From NCBI GenBank assembly GCA_004431415.1, contig QPMI01000569.1, positions 248,001-312,000 on the forward strand: 64,000 bases of DNA, in the 5' to 3' direction. The notes beneath the pieces were generated by a model, which made no database searches, had not been told where the DNA came from, and was given only the letters and a program-made list of their open reading frames with translations. Positions 22,838 through 34,038 of the stretch are shown here, one piece after another. Position 1 is the stretch's first letter. Each line of letters starts with the position of its first letter. This DNA is from Cyanophora paradoxa CCMP329. Taxonomy: Eukaryota; Plantae; Glaucophyta. The position numbers and the translations under genes are program-made.

Positions 22838-25800
22838 ATGCCCCGCCAATCCAATAGAATCATCAAAGAAAAGAAAAACGAAATACTCGGTCTTTTAGGA
22901 ACCCTTTTAGTCACTGGTGATATTACAGAATTCGAATATGATCGCCAGGCAGCAATCCTGGATAGGAGACCAAGGTTATCTCAACTCACAGAAATTACAA
23001 ATCGCCTCTATGATCGTTTTGAGAAAATGGAGGAATTCAGGGATGAAGGTTTAAGGTTGGGAACAATTGAACCCGAGATTGAGGATGGGGAAGCAATGAA
23101 CAAAGCATATTCTTGGTTAACCTATCGAGCAAGAGGGGAGGTTATCCAAGATGGGATTGAATTCTTGGAGAGAATTGCAACTACTCTACCTCAGAGACTC
23201 AGACAGAAACTCCAAGACCTGAGAGCAATTAAGACTCGGTTGACCTTCATTTGTAAATTCACCAAAGTGAGTGATCCAAGGGTGTGGATCACCAAGTTCA
23301 TTTATAGTGATTACTTTGTCATCACAAGATCTCGAAATATTGATGTTGAACTGCGAAATGCCCTTCAATCCATGCAGGAGCAGATGATGCAGGTTGACAG
23401 TTACAGACTGGATCGCATTGAGATGCTGAGAGTGGTAATAATGTCTTATGCTCCTGTGGGTGGTTGCTTCTTCTCAACACCTGAGTGGATTGGATCAAAG
23501 AGAGCAACTGTGAATGTCAAGAATATTGATGGTCAAGATTGCTTCAAGTATGCAATCTTGGCTTACCTGCACCGAAATGATATTAATAAACACAAGAGCA
23601 ATGAACCCAGCCAGTATAGAAGATGGTTAAACGAACTCAATTTCGAAGGCATCCAGTTTCCAGTTGCCTGTGATGCAGAGGTTATTGATCGATTTGAGGA
23701 GCAGAACCCTGAACTGAGTATCAACATTTATGGTGCAGATAACACTGCACAGTGCTTCTATCCTCTTCACCAATCCAGCAACCCCAGGAGAAAGACCAAG
23801 ATTAACCTTTTATTAATCGAAAACGAAGAGGATGATAGAGGGCATTATATTACCATCATGTCTCTGAGTAGACTTCTGAAAACCACCTTTGATAAAGCCC
23901 ATGATGGTCGCATTTATTACTGTGAGACCTGTCTGTCTCGTTTCAGAACTCAGGAGAAGCTGGATGTACATATAGAAGCGAATCGCTGCATTGATTGGAG
24001 GGAGAGCAAAGGTAAATGCCCGAAATCTGGAAGTCACATTGCATTTGGGCTTCAACACCTTCGCAAAACTGTGTGGCTTCCCACTATCTGCTATGTGAAA
24101 ATGGACAGTCACTCGGTTCCAATTGATGAGAACACCAGTAAAAGAGAGGTCAAATCGGTTTCTTTAACAGTTGTGATGGGGAATGAGGTGATCTCTCATT
24201 ATTTCGAGGGATCAGATCCACTTGGTGCTCTGTTTACCACTCTCACAGAGATCAGACCCCAAGTAATCCGCACTCTATTCACCAATATTCCAATGCACCC
24301 ACTCACAGAAGAGCAGAAAGTACAATACAAGATCACTAAACACTGTTATATCTGTGCTGAACGATTTACCCATGAGAATTTCCCAGTGAGAGACCATTGT
24401 CATCAATCAGGAGCTTTTATTGGAAAAGCATGTCGAAACTGCAACCTCCACAGGAGAATCTCAAAGCAAACGAAAGTAGCAATTGTGGTAGATCACATGG
24501 ATGAATGTGGACACGAAATATTCCGCAAAATTGCACAGCAAGATGATAAACTTCGTGTTGAGATCCTGAGCAAGAATTTCGATCAATACCTCTCTCTGCA
24601 ATGGGGCATGTGGAAATTCATAGATGCTTCGCACTTCATGGACTTCCAGGCAGTGGATGCAAGTGATCTAATGGGTAAATTCCAGAAATTCCGAGAATTG
24701 GCGTTCTCACAATATGGATTGGATCCTGCTCATTATGTTTCGGCTCCTGGATTATCCTGGGATGCAATGCTCATTTACACCAGAGCAAAGATTGAGCAGA
24801 TCAGTGATGTAGGGCAATACGAATTTATTGAGAGGGCAATTCGAGGTGGGTTTGCTACAATGCCTACTCGATATGCAAAGGTGGAAAACCCAGATGACCA
24901 TATAGTTCTCTTGGATGCAAATAATCTGTATGGTTTTGCTCTCAGTCAAGAACTGCCCACTGGCGATTTTCGGTGGGAAGATGTCACAGAGGCACTTAAA
25001 GAGACCCCTGGACGAAGTGCCTTTATTGAAGTAGACCTGGAATACCCACACACTCTCACAGATCATTACGATTTTCCACTTGTAGTTAATAAAGAACATG
25101 TCACCACCGAAATGCTGGGTGGGTATCAACAAAAACTACTGGATATCACAGGTGAGAAGTTAAGCAAAGACCCCAAACTCACAGCAACATTCTCATCCAA
25201 AAGGAACTATGTGATCTCCCAACCTCTCTTGGTCTATCTTGTGAGCAAAGGTATTATAATAAAGAGGGTTCACAGGGTTCTCTCATTTGCAACCTCTGCA
25301 TTTATGAAGAGTTATATTGATCTAAATACGAAACTGAGGCGCCAATCTATGTCCAGATTCGAGAGTGACTTCTTTAAATTAATGAACAATGCAATCTATG
25401 GTAAATGCCTCGAATCATGCAGGGGTCGCTCTGTGGTAAAGATTGCAAACAGTGAGAAACTCTGCAAGAAATATGCTGCAAGTCCACTCATCAAGGCAAC
25501 CAATGTATTAAACGAAAATGCTGTTGCCTTTGAGATGTATTCCAAGCATGTTCACTTAGATAAACCAGTTGCAATTGGGGCTTTTGTGCTGGATTTTGCG
25601 AAACTCCATAATAGCAGGTTCTTTTATGATGTGGTGAGGAGAACTTGGGAAACAGCAGAGCTACTATTCCATGATACAGATTCTTTCTGTCTACTGCTGC
25701 ATACCAATGATCTAAATAATGAGATGAAGCGAATTTCTGAACACCTGGATTGCAGTAATTATGATCCTGCTCACCCTCTCTTTGATAGGAGCAATCGCTT

Positions 25801-26119
25801 GATTCCAGGTAAATATAAAAACGAGTTTCCCAATGCAAAGATTGTGGAGTATGTAGGTCTGAGATCGAAACTCTATGCTTTCAGAACTGAGACCTTTGAT
25901 AAAATAAAAATGTCTGGTACTTCCTCAAAAGAAGTTCACTTTGATGATTTCAAAAGATGCCTGTTTGAAGGAATCACCAAAACAGTAGCAGTAGTAAACA
26001 AGCGAAGGCAAGACCACAACCTATATGATTTGGAGAGCAGAAGGGTGGCTCTAAACCAACTCGATAGCAAAAGGAAGATATTAGACGATGGAATTCACAG
26101 CATTCCATTTGGGCTCTAA
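22838..26119 (+). CDS. Protein-primed DNA polymerase B, PLV-A, with degenerate or deleted exonuclease domain
   Basis: Intact DANNLY, KLMNNAIYGK and HDTDS, plus OTU-like DCF..GHY. The Exo motifs seen in B and D are absent. Confidence 0.9.
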   Translation: MPRQSNRIIKEKKNEILGLLGTLLVTGDITEFEYDRQAAILDRRPRLSQLTEITNRLYDRFEKMEEFRDEGLRLGTIEPEIEDGEAMNKAYSWLTYRARGEVIQDGIEFLERIATTLPQRLRQKLQDLRAIKTRLTFICKFTKVSDPRVWITKFIYSDYFVITRSRNIDVELRNALQSMQEQMMQVDSYRLDRIEMLRVVIMSYAPVGGCFFSTPEWIGSKRATVNVKNIDGQDCFKYAILAYLHRNDINKHKSNEPSQYRRWLNELNFEGIQFPVACDAEVIDRFEEQNPELSINIYGADNTAQCFYPLHQSSNPRRKTKINLLLIENEEDDRGHYITIMSLSRLLKTTFDKAHDGRIYYCETCLSRFRTQEKLDVHIEANRCIDWRESKGKCPKSGSHIAFGLQHLRKTVWLPTICYVKMDSHSVPIDENTSKREVKSVSLTVVMGNEVISHYFEGSDPLGALFTTLTEIRPQVIRTLFTNIPMHPLTEEQKVQYKITKHCYICAERFTHENFPVRDHCHQSGAFIGKACRNCNLHRRISKQTKVAIVVDHMDECGHEIFRKIAQQDDKLRVEILSKNFDQYLSLQWGMWKFIDASHFMDFQAVDASDLMGKFQKFRELAFSQYGLDPAHYVSAPGLSWDAMLIYTRAKIEQISDVGQYEFIERAIRGGFATMPTRYAKVENPDDHIVLLDANNLYGFALSQELPTGDFRWEDVTEALKETPGRSAFIEVDLEYPHTLTDHYDFPLVVNKEHVTTEMLGGYQQKLLDITGEKLSKDPKLTATFSSKRNYVISQPLLVYLVSKGIIIKRVHRVLSFATSAFMKSYIDLNTKLRRQSMSRFESDFFKLMNNAIYGKCLESCRGRSVVKIANSEKLCKKYAASPLIKATNVLNENAVAFEMYSKHVHLDKPVAIGAFVLDFAKLHNSRFFYDVVRRTWETAELLFHDTDSFCLLLHTNDLNNEMKRISEHLDCSNYDPAHPLFDRSNRLIPGKYKNEFPNAKIVEYVGLRSKLYAFRTETFDKIKMSGTSSKEVHFDDFKRCLFEGITKTVAVVNKRRQDHNLYDLESRRVALNQLDSKRKILDDGIHSIPFGL

Positions 26120-26302
26120 TCTACTTCATTGATCTTTCTTTTTCTTTGGTTTCGCTCTCCAAGAAGTAACAAACCGCGAATTAAATGCAGCAGCCATATA
26201 CATCTTAATCCTGGATCATTGGGCTCAATTGCAAAGTAGTTGGGAATTGTGTTCTCCTTCCACACAGAGTCTTGCATTTATTATATGAGAGATAAGGTAA
26301 AG

Positions 26303-27796
26303 ATGCCTTCTACACAAATAGGATTGAGACAACCACCAAGAATTGTGAGAAAAGAGGCAATTGAAGATCGAGGGAATATCCTGCCCATCACAGTTCCAGT
26401 GGAGGAGAAGAGCAGTCGAATATTGAAAAGATCAGAGATGGTCAAGCAATTAATTCCAGAGACCCTCCCAGCTGAGACAGCACCAAAAGAGTCGAAGATT
26501 GCTAAGAAGTTCTATGATCCCAGAACAGGTTACAAGGGATTTACTGCAATGAGACAGGAACTACCAGAGGAGAACTACAAGAAGATGAGAGAGTGGTATG
26601 ATAAGCAGGAGGTCGTCCAGATTAATGCACCCACCCTATCTCGAAAGACAGATCCCATGATTCCAATTAGGCAACCCATTGATACCTATGTGATTGATCT
26701 GCTCTTCTTTCCTGCATACAAAAAGCAGAATGATGGTTATGATACATTTATGAGTGCAATGGAATCAACCCTGAGAACAGGGTTCATAATTCCAATGAGA
26801 GACAAGAGTGCTCTTACTACACTTGCAGCATTCAAGCAACTTGAACAGAGAGTCCCCAGACCAATTGTTCGCATTCAGAGTGATAGTGGAAGCGAATTTA
26901 CCAATGTGTTATTCACAGATTATTTGGGAACGAAATTCATTGAGCATCAACTAAGTGATGTTGCAGATCACAGAACCCAAGGTCGGATTGAAGCCTTTAA
27001 CAGACAGATCAAGAGATTGATCACAAACTACTGCATTGCAAATAATACTGCACGATTTTTGATGTGTTGGGTGATATTGAGTATAATTATAATAATACCA
27101 TCCACTCTGCAACCAAGAGAAAACCAGCAGAGACCACAGAAGCCCACTACAAAGAGATAGTGAATATGGAGGATCAGAGATTCAAGAAATCGATTGAGTA
27201 TCTTGATGCTCTGAAACCTGGAATGTTTGTGAGAGTGAAAGTTGAAAAGAATCCATTTGCAAAGCAGGGTGTTAATTGGTCTCGAATTGTTTATAGTGTG
27301 GAGGGCAGAGAGGGCTTCAAATTCAGAATCAGAAGTCCAGTGGTGAGATAGTTGATGGTAGATTCGCTTTTCATGAACTGCTGCCCATTAAAGGTGTTGA
27401 GTATCATGAAACTCCCACAGTGGATGCCCTTGAACAGGCAAAAGAGGAAGCCAGGGTTGATTCAGCAATCAGAAAGGAGGGCATAGAAAAAGCAAGTGAA
27501 GTTCCAAAAGAACCCTCACAGAAGCAAGAGCACAAAAGAAGGGCAGAGTAGAGAAAGAGTTGAAGAAGTTGACCATAGCAGGAACCCAGAAATTATCAGA
27601 AGTTAACAGTCAGAGATGGTATAATGACTTTTCAACCACCAAGGAAACATATACTGCACCCAAACTCGATTTAATTTACGAAGTGGTCAGAGGAAATAGA
27701 TTAACAACGTTTTCGGAATCTCTTAGACCTCTGGCGAATTTTCCTCATTTGTCTATCTTTTTCAATAATTTCCAAGAAGAAAGTTTCAAGGTTTGA
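26303..27796 (+). CDS. rve integrase, PLV-A (frameshifts near 27060, 27340, 27520)
   Basis: VIDL, QSDSGSEF, GRIEAFNR, YNNTIHSAT. The tail RKEG..ELKKLTIAG matches PLV-D RREG..ELKRLEIAG. Confidence 0.85.
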
Positions 27797-28108
27797 AACC
27801 AGTTGGTAATTGTAAACAAAGAACAGTCTCACATGCTCTGGCTGTGACATGAAGAAATTGTAATAGAAAGCAGTCTTGAAATCATGTATCCAATCTGACT
27901 GGGAAGCATGGATGATAGCAGGGTCTTGGTAGATGGGATCCATAGCAGAAGTTGAGAGAATCCAAAAAATCCTTGTCAATTTTTTATTTTGTTAGTGCCC
28001 GGTCTCGACGAAACCTGATAGCTGCTGCCGAGAGGATTCCGAATCTGCTTTCAGAATTGAAAACGGAGCAGTTGGTAATAAAATACATATGTATGACCGA
28101 GATTGATG

Positions 28109-28210
28109 GAGTTTCAGTGATGTTTCGGTGAAGTTTCGGTGCGAAGTTTCGGTGAAGTTTCGGTGTGAAGTTTCGGTGAAGTTTCGGTGAAGTTTCGGTG
28201 AAGTTTCGGT
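28109..28210. repeat. Tandem GAAGTTTCGGT repeat (~8 copies)
   Basis: Directly visible in the sequence. Confidence 0.9.
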
Positions 28211-28237
28211 CAATAGGATAATTCTATATATCGAAAA

Positions 28238-28486
28238 ATGGTTGCGCGTCATCGCAACCATCATCGCAACCATGGTTGCATCATCGCAACCATCATCGCA
28301 ACCATGGTTGCATCATCGCAACCAGGTCGCGCAACCACTCAATCGGGAAAAAAATGGTTGCGCAACCACTGAATCGGAAAAAAATTGGTTGCGCAACCAG
28401 GTTGCGCAACCAGCGCAACCATGGTTGCATCATCGCAACCATCATCGCAACCATGGTTGCGTCATCGCAACCAGGTCGCGCAACCA
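28238..28486. repeat. Array of CGCAACC/GGTTGC units in both orientations
   Basis: Contains several GGTTGCGCAACC and GCAACCATGGTTGC palindromes. Confidence 0.9.
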
Positions 28487-28879
28487 GTATGACAGCCCCA
28501 GAGTCCCCGACCGACCAATCCGCTATTTTGTGGTCAAAATGTATATATGCGCATATATACTTGACGGTTCGCGTTACTACTGTCGGCATCGCCTAACGTT
28601 CCCACTGTTGGGCTGTCGGCATCTTCAAACGCTCGTATCTCACCACCAGATCATCAGATCGTGACCGTCGACATAGCGCTGGAAAGCGCTTGAAACGATC
28701 TACACGATGGTGTAGGTATCAAGTACATATACGTATATATTACATACAAATATTGCGAAAAAACGATTAATCGGCTACTTTCTACTGTAAGGAACATACA
28801 GTAAAATAATGCGAAAATACAGTAGCTACTGTTAAAAAAGCCATAATCTGGCGCACCATACATCAGAAGTCCTGATGTA

Positions 28880-29944
28880 TCATACACTTCGAATAAATGC
28901 ACCTGTCACATCCACTCTCATAGTTGGGGCATTTATATATACCAGTGGATAAATACGAATATACCTTGTCCTCAGAGGGTAGCCAATATAGAAAACGTCT
29001 CTAATAGAGGTGGGAAACCCAGAACTGTATGAGACATCACCACTATTGTGGGCATTATTAATGGTTTCACACATGAACACTCTATTCACACCTTCATACT
29101 TGATAAATGACCAGGAAACACCATCTTGTGATGTTGCAACATTGAAGGTCTTAACAAAGGCATTGGTCACACCAGAACCATATGCAATTATAGATGCTAT
29201 CTCAAATATATATGGGAAGGATACTTGGAGATACTCAGTGGGAACACTCCATATCCCATCAGGAGCAGATGCATTTGCCTCCCAACCTGTTAAAGAAGGT
29301 CTTGCTTTAAATGCCTCCCTTCCAATTTTTGATGATGAAGCAGTGAAAGCACCATCTGATAGAAGATACCAGTTAGCATCAATGGGAGGTATGTTATTCA
29401 GAGTGGATGATATATAGAACCTTGCAGGGTTCTTGATTTCATAATTTGCAACCAGTAAATCACAGAGTCTATCAATCATCACAGTGTTTGCTGCTATATA
29501 CATTTCGGTTGCATCTATCATATCTGGTATCTTAGAGGTATCATCCAGAGAGTTTACTATGGTCTTTGGAAGTGGAACAGAGAGTCTATAATATCTTGCA
29601 TATCCCTGATCATCATTATATGGGAGAAACTCTTGCATCTTTTCCAGTGCTGAGAGTTCACTTGCAGCCATCAACATATTAATTAATGGACTTCCAGAGG
29701 TCGAAGCAATCCAAGAGAGGATACCCCAGCTGTTCACATCTTCATAGGAATATCCCACATTGGGGGCATCTGTCTCATTCACCTCACCACAGGATATACT
29801 TATCACTATAATATCATCATCATCATCATAGATCTTTTTAGCATGGCTGTAACCACATACACTGGGATTGTTGTTTCCTGAGATTGCACCATCAATTAGA
29901 GACATCCCATCATAGTTCACAGGTGAGAAGTAAGTAGGTGCAGC
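28880..29944 (-). pseudogene. 3' part of PLV-A patatin-like phospholipase with F5/8C (discoidin) domain
   Basis: Rejoins 58322 as RSTSAAPTYFSPV...IDG..NNP. C-terminus has EYLQVSF...SQDG..W...RYIRIYP...MRVDV. Confidence 0.9.
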
Positions 29945-30323
29945 AAAAAAATGGTGATTCCTACTTCACCATGGGTCTCGCACCTCCAGCCCTCTCTCCA
30001 CCACCATCCTCGCCACTCCCACACACCCTAGCTACGTCCCCAGCCCCCTCATTTGAGCTCTCTGGATCTACGTCTACCCTAGACCCTAGGGTCAACACCG
30101 GCCCTGTTCCCTTTGAGGGAGTATTATAGGAGTACTTTGGAGAGTTTTCTATTGAAAAATCAGGAAGAGAGAGGCGGCCCCCCATGCGCCGGTCTACCAG
30201 CTATCTCCTATGTGATTATTTAGTGTGTGCTTTAGATGTTCCTTGAAGCTAGCTTTAGTTAGGAATTTAGATTCGGTGATAGTAGTTTATGTTTGTGTTT
30301 CCGATCTATCAACAAAAATTTCG
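29945..30323 (+). repeat. Left TIR of PLV-D
   Basis: Reverse complement of 57939-58316. Begins AAAAAAATG. Confidence 0.95.
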
Positions 30324-30562
30324 GTGATATTAAAAGTAGCAACAAAAACTAGCAAAAATTTGGTTTAGATTGAATTCACAGCGTCGAATAACATGTATTA
30401 AAGGAAACAAACCCCTATAAGCGTGATCATTGAGCGAAATTAGTGAGAAAGAGTAGGCGTGTTGATTAGGCGTTAGTTTGGGGAGATATCGGAAATGAGT
30501 TTAGGAGGGCGTGTGTGGGTGTACTTGGGGCCCCGGTTGCTTGCGCGCGGTCTGCTGCGGCC

Positions 30563-30907
30563 TCATTCCACTTCATCAGGTTGCTTTTGCACAACGGTAT
30601 TCTTATCCTTGATCAATCTAGAAAGCAAGGACTTCTTTCGTTTTTGCGGTTTCGGGATATCATGAAGTGGCCAAGATGATCTCCGTCCATCAGATTCAAG
30701 CCACGGTACAGGCGAGTCAGATCGAGTAAAAGGAGAATTCGACCGAGAAGTCCTGGGAGTGTTATTGGGTGATTGCTGAGTATTTGGGGTGCGTGATCCT
30801 TCAGTGTCCGATATTTCGAGGTTGATGGTCGTCTCGCAGCAACTGCATTTTAGCTTGCATGTTACATTGAGATGGAACATGTCCATGCATTTGCGGAGCA
30901 AATCCAT
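30563..30907 (-). CDS. Small Cys-cluster protein
   Basis: MDLLRKCMDMF..CKLKCSCC....LEISDTE; homolog of 19023..19256. Confidence 0.75.
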   Translation of the reverse strand: MDLLRKCMDMFHLNVTCKLKCSCCETTINLEISDTEGSRTPNTQQSPNNTPRTSRSNSPFTRSDSPVPWLESDGRRSSWPLHDIPKPQKRKKSLLSRLIKDKNTVVQKQPDEVE

Positions 30908-30940
30908 CTAATAGGGCTGTATATATAAAAACAAGTATCT

Positions 30941-31774
30941 CTAGGGATTAGGATCAGCCCCTCCAATCGGGAAATAACGATTCGAATTGAAGGTCTCACC
31001 GTACTTAACACCATATGCAATCACATCTGTTCTTTCGGCAAATAGAATAATTTTGTAGGCGCCCATAAGCGTAGCCCTCACAATAAACTGGTAATCTTCA
31101 GCCCCAACTGGAGTAGAATGGAAAGCGACACCAAAATTGTCAATAGGATTGATTAAAACAGCTATGTTTGGCCGGAGAGCATCATTCCTCCTACAAAGGA
31201 AGTAGATATCCGGGGGAATATCAACAACACTCTTGAAATGATTTCCGATTGGGTTGATATTTTCTACAATTGATGTTTGCTCATTTATGTATAGCGTGAA
31301 GACTTTGATGATATAAGGCAAATTCATAGAAGGCACATACGTTCTGATTCTCTCATTCATATTCTCAGGGTTAGGTTGATCATTTACAAATATAGGAGCG
31401 CAAGCAGCGCCGCCCACTCTCAGGCCATCTCCAATATAAGCACCACCGGACCTGCAGGTCACGGCCCCTACTCTTGATTCATAGGTAAAAGTGTTGACCT
31501 TGTTAGCATCGTCATAGCTATCAGGATCACCATAATGCGCATTAAAATTTGCGTTTGTTACGACCAGATTTGTTGTTTTGACCACTCCATTATTTTTGTC
31601 ACATCGAACCTCACCTAAACGTAATATGTGATTTTCACGGAAGGTGTTTAGAGTTGGCTGCTGCTCTGTAGACTCTAGGCCAGGCACGTCGTCGGAAACG
31701 GCATGCTGCAGGACGTGATTTGCTGGAGCAGCTAATGTCAAAGAGGGAACAACAATTCTTTCAACAGCTTCCAT
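30941..31774 (-). CDS. Fibre-family paralog 4 (shared N-terminal anchor)
   Basis: H.VSD..PG..STE...LR..EVRCDKN.G.VKTT.L.V.N.N...V..SGGAYIGDG. Confidence 0.75.
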   Translation of the reverse strand: MEAVERIVVPSLTLAAPANHVLQHAVSDDVPGLESTEQQPTLNTFRENHILRLGEVRCDKNNGVVKTTNLVVTNANFNAHYGDPDSYDDANKVNTFTYESRVGAVTCRSGGAYIGDGLRVGGAACAPIFVNDQPNPENMNERIRTYVPSMNLPYIIKVFTLYINEQTSIVENINPIGNHFKSVVDIPPDIYFLCRRNDALRPNIAVLINPIDNFGVAFHSTPVGAEDYQFIVRATLMGAYKIILFAERTDVIAYGVKYGETFNSNRYFPIGGADPNP

Positions 31775-31802
31775 TTCAGAAAACAGAAGATAAAACTTTC
31801 AC

Positions 31803-32651
31803 TCAAGCTATAGGATTTTCTGGATTGTTTTCCTCATACATATTATTTAGTGCTGGATCAGGGTTCAGCCCTCTAGTTGCAGCTGATGCAGCTACATCGG
31901 AGCGATAGCCGATGATTAGGATAGAGTATCTGCCTATAGCAGTAGCGTATAAATCGAAAAGATGCCTTGTATTGATATTACGAACTACGTATCCCCGTCC
32001 AGCATGCCCAAGACCTTGAACAAAGAACGTATACACATGCCCTATCTGATCATTTTGATCCTGACAGAGTGATTGAAGTGCCTTCGGTATTTCTCTGTTT
32101 GAAAGCAGCCTCTCACCGTCCAGACCATTTGGTGTACTTGAATTTGCTATGGTTATCTCAACTTCTATTAGAGCTTGTGCATAGGGAAGGTCACAACAGG
32201 GTACATACATGCGAACTCGTTTACGATTTTCGACATTCTCTAATGAAAAGTCTGGGACATCATTGATGGCAATCGATGATGATAGCCCTCCACTAACTCG
32301 GCAGGCTCCGGTAATAGCTGCTCCTCCGGAGCGCACAGTGAGGGCAGCAGTGTTTTGATCATAGTTAATGGTTTTGAGATCGACACTATACGAATCAACT
32401 CCCCCTGTTATGGGCTGGGAGAAATTCGCATTAGTAACTAATAATCGTGTTGTTTTTACAACCCCAGAGTTTTTATCTGCGCGCAATTCTTTACACCGAA
32501 TCACCGATCGCTGATCAAAGGCGTTAGTTGAATTTGGACGCTCAGTGGACTCTAATCCAGCAATAGCATCGCTAACTTCATGCTGCCTCATATGGATGGC
32601 TGGGGAGCCCAGCGAGTAGATAGGGAGCTGGACCCGATTGTACTCAGTCAT
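31803..32651 (-). CDS. Fibre-family paralog 3
   Basis: Same N-terminal domain: HEVSD..GLESTE..IRCKELRADKNSGVVKTT. Confidence 0.75.
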   Translation of the reverse strand: MTEYNRVQLPIYSLGSPAIHMRQHEVSDAIAGLESTERPNSTNAFDQRSVIRCKELRADKNSGVVKTTRLLVTNANFSQPITGGVDSYSVDLKTINYDQNTAALTVRSGGAAITGACRVSGGLSSSIAINDVPDFSLENVENRKRVRMYVPCCDLPYAQALIEVEITIANSSTPNGLDGERLLSNREIPKALQSLCQDQNDQIGHVYTFFVQGLGHAGRGYVVRNINTRHLFDLYATAIGRYSILIIGYRSDVAASAATRGLNPDPALNNMYEENNPENPIA

Positions 32652-32705
32652 TTAATAGAAACGCGAGAGAAAAATAAATGAGGTTGCAGACAAGCTATAG
32701 CTCCA

Positions 32706-32969
32706 CTACTCTTCTGTGACATTGTTATACTCGATACCTTTTTTGACAGTCCCCCTTTGGAAAGCCTGTAGAACAATTGCTTCCTTTGAGGTTGGAATTT
32801 GAACTCCTGCCGAAATGCAAGATTGAATCTCTTTCTGAACAATGTCATCAATCGCAATTCTTGCCCTGTTATGAACGACATTATCGATCCAATCCTGAAC
32901 AGAAGCAGCACAGTATTCCATTCCCAACTTTTCAGTATCTGATAGAGCTACTTGATAAATATTTGACAT
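32706..32969 (-). CDS. Small phage-like protein downstream of the C1q fibre gene
   Basis: From memory, LSDTE...MEY.A.SVQDWIDN..HNRARIA resembles small proteins next to marine-phage fibre genes. Not verified by search. Confidence 0.6.
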   Translation of the reverse strand: MSNIYQVALSDTEKLGMEYCAASVQDWIDNVVHNRARIAIDDIVQKEIQSCISAGVQIPTSKEAIVLQAFQRGTVKKGIEYNNVTEE

Positions 32970-32990
32970 TCTTACTTTAAGATGAGAAAA

Positions 32991-34016
32991 TTAAGTGATG
33001 CTTAGAAGTTCAGCAGTAAACATTGTTCGACTTGAATAACCACCTGTGGTTCCTGTGACAAGTGTTACAAATTCTCCAGCAGCAAGATTGAGTATAACAT
33101 TAATGTATAGAGGTTTCACAGCAATTGTTGTTGAAGTTCCAAAGGTTGCAATTGACAGACCACCGGGGTTTGTGTCATTCACTTGTAAAGTCAAATTTGC
33201 AGCAGAAGAGGTTGTTGAAGAAGAATTTACAGTTAATCTGTAATGCCCAGCAACAGGAGCTGTATAGCGTCCATTGCCTACATTAAAGGCACCTCTGTTA
33301 TCAATAAAAACGGTTGTCCAATTGATGAGAACGGCAGCACTTGTAGCAGTGTGTGTATAACCAAGTTGCGCACAGAATCGAGGTTGAAAATCATACTTTA
33401 AATAACAACCTGAATTGAGGGTGAAACTATTGGCTTCCAGGGTCGCCATAACATCACTATTGCGTTTCAAAACCAGATTCGTGCTTGATCCTGTATCTAT
33501 TTCAGGTGTCACTATTTTGGTAGTTGCTGTCACAATAGATTGTTGCGCCCCAGGAACATACACACCCCCATTGGCTGTTACCAAATCATTAAATGTAGTT
33601 GGTCCTGTTACTGTGATTTGTTCAGTTGTGAGATTTCCATTTATTCTTGCTCCATCTCCAATGTAGGCACCTCCACTTTTTACCACAAGAGCAGCGTTAT
33701 TACTTGTGTTATCAAAAGTAACTATTTTAGGTGTGGTAAACCCTCCAACATCATCATAGATTGCGGAATCAGAAACTATCTGTCCTGATTGAACTTGGTT
33801 CTTGTTTGAAATGATGAGACCTGTGGTTCTCACTTTGCCCCCATTGCGATCACATCGTATTTCTTTGCATCTAATCATAGAGTTTTGAGAAAATGAATCG
33901 GCTCCTGTTGTTTCAGTGCAAATAAACCCAGGGGTTGCATCTGTGACTGTGTGGTTAAGTTGATGTATTTTCGGGGCAGCATAACAGAAAACAGGGACTG
34001 CTATTTGTGTAGCCAT
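32991..34016 (-). CDS. Fibre-family paralog 2 with C1q/TNF-like head
   Basis: Anchor domain followed by PRF...NRGAFN...RYTAPVAGHY...LAAGEFV...FTAELL. Confidence 0.8.
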   Translation of the reverse strand: MATQIAVPVFCYAAPKIHQLNHTVTDATPGFICTETTGADSFSQNSMIRCKEIRCDRNGGKVRTTGLIISNKNQVQSGQIVSDSAIYDDVGGFTTPKIVTFDNTSNNAALVVKSGGAYIGDGARINGNLTTEQITVTGPTTFNDLVTANGGVYVPGAQQSIVTATTKIVTPEIDTGSSTNLVLKRNSDVMATLEANSFTLNSGCYLKYDFQPRFCAQLGYTHTATSAAVLINWTTVFIDNRGAFNVGNGRYTAPVAGHYRLTVNSSSTTSSAANLTLQVNDTNPGGLSIATFGTSTTIAVKPLYINVILNLAAGEFVTLVTGTTGGYSSRTMFTAELLSIT

Positions 34017-34038
34017 TCTTTATATTACAGAGACAATA

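Noticed and set aside
9003-27796. Programmed frameshifting or true pseudogenisation of pPolB, MCP, helicase and integrase
   Set aside because: Breaks look like single-base losses, several in short homopolymers, with motifs intact. Long-read error is equally likely and cannot be resolved without reads.
27995-28075. Hammerhead ribozyme (GACGAAAC and CTGATAG)
   Set aside because: Core motifs are adjacent with no room for the stems, and CUGANGA is not matched.
27992-28664. Repetitive ORFs (RNFTETSH, HHRNH) and VTPVTP at 1593..1784
   Set aside because: Translations of DNA repeats.
29961-30185. 74-aa ORF duplicated at 58077..58301, and the 7290..7505/18556..18783 pair
   Set aside because: These arise from TIR duplication and show no coding evidence.
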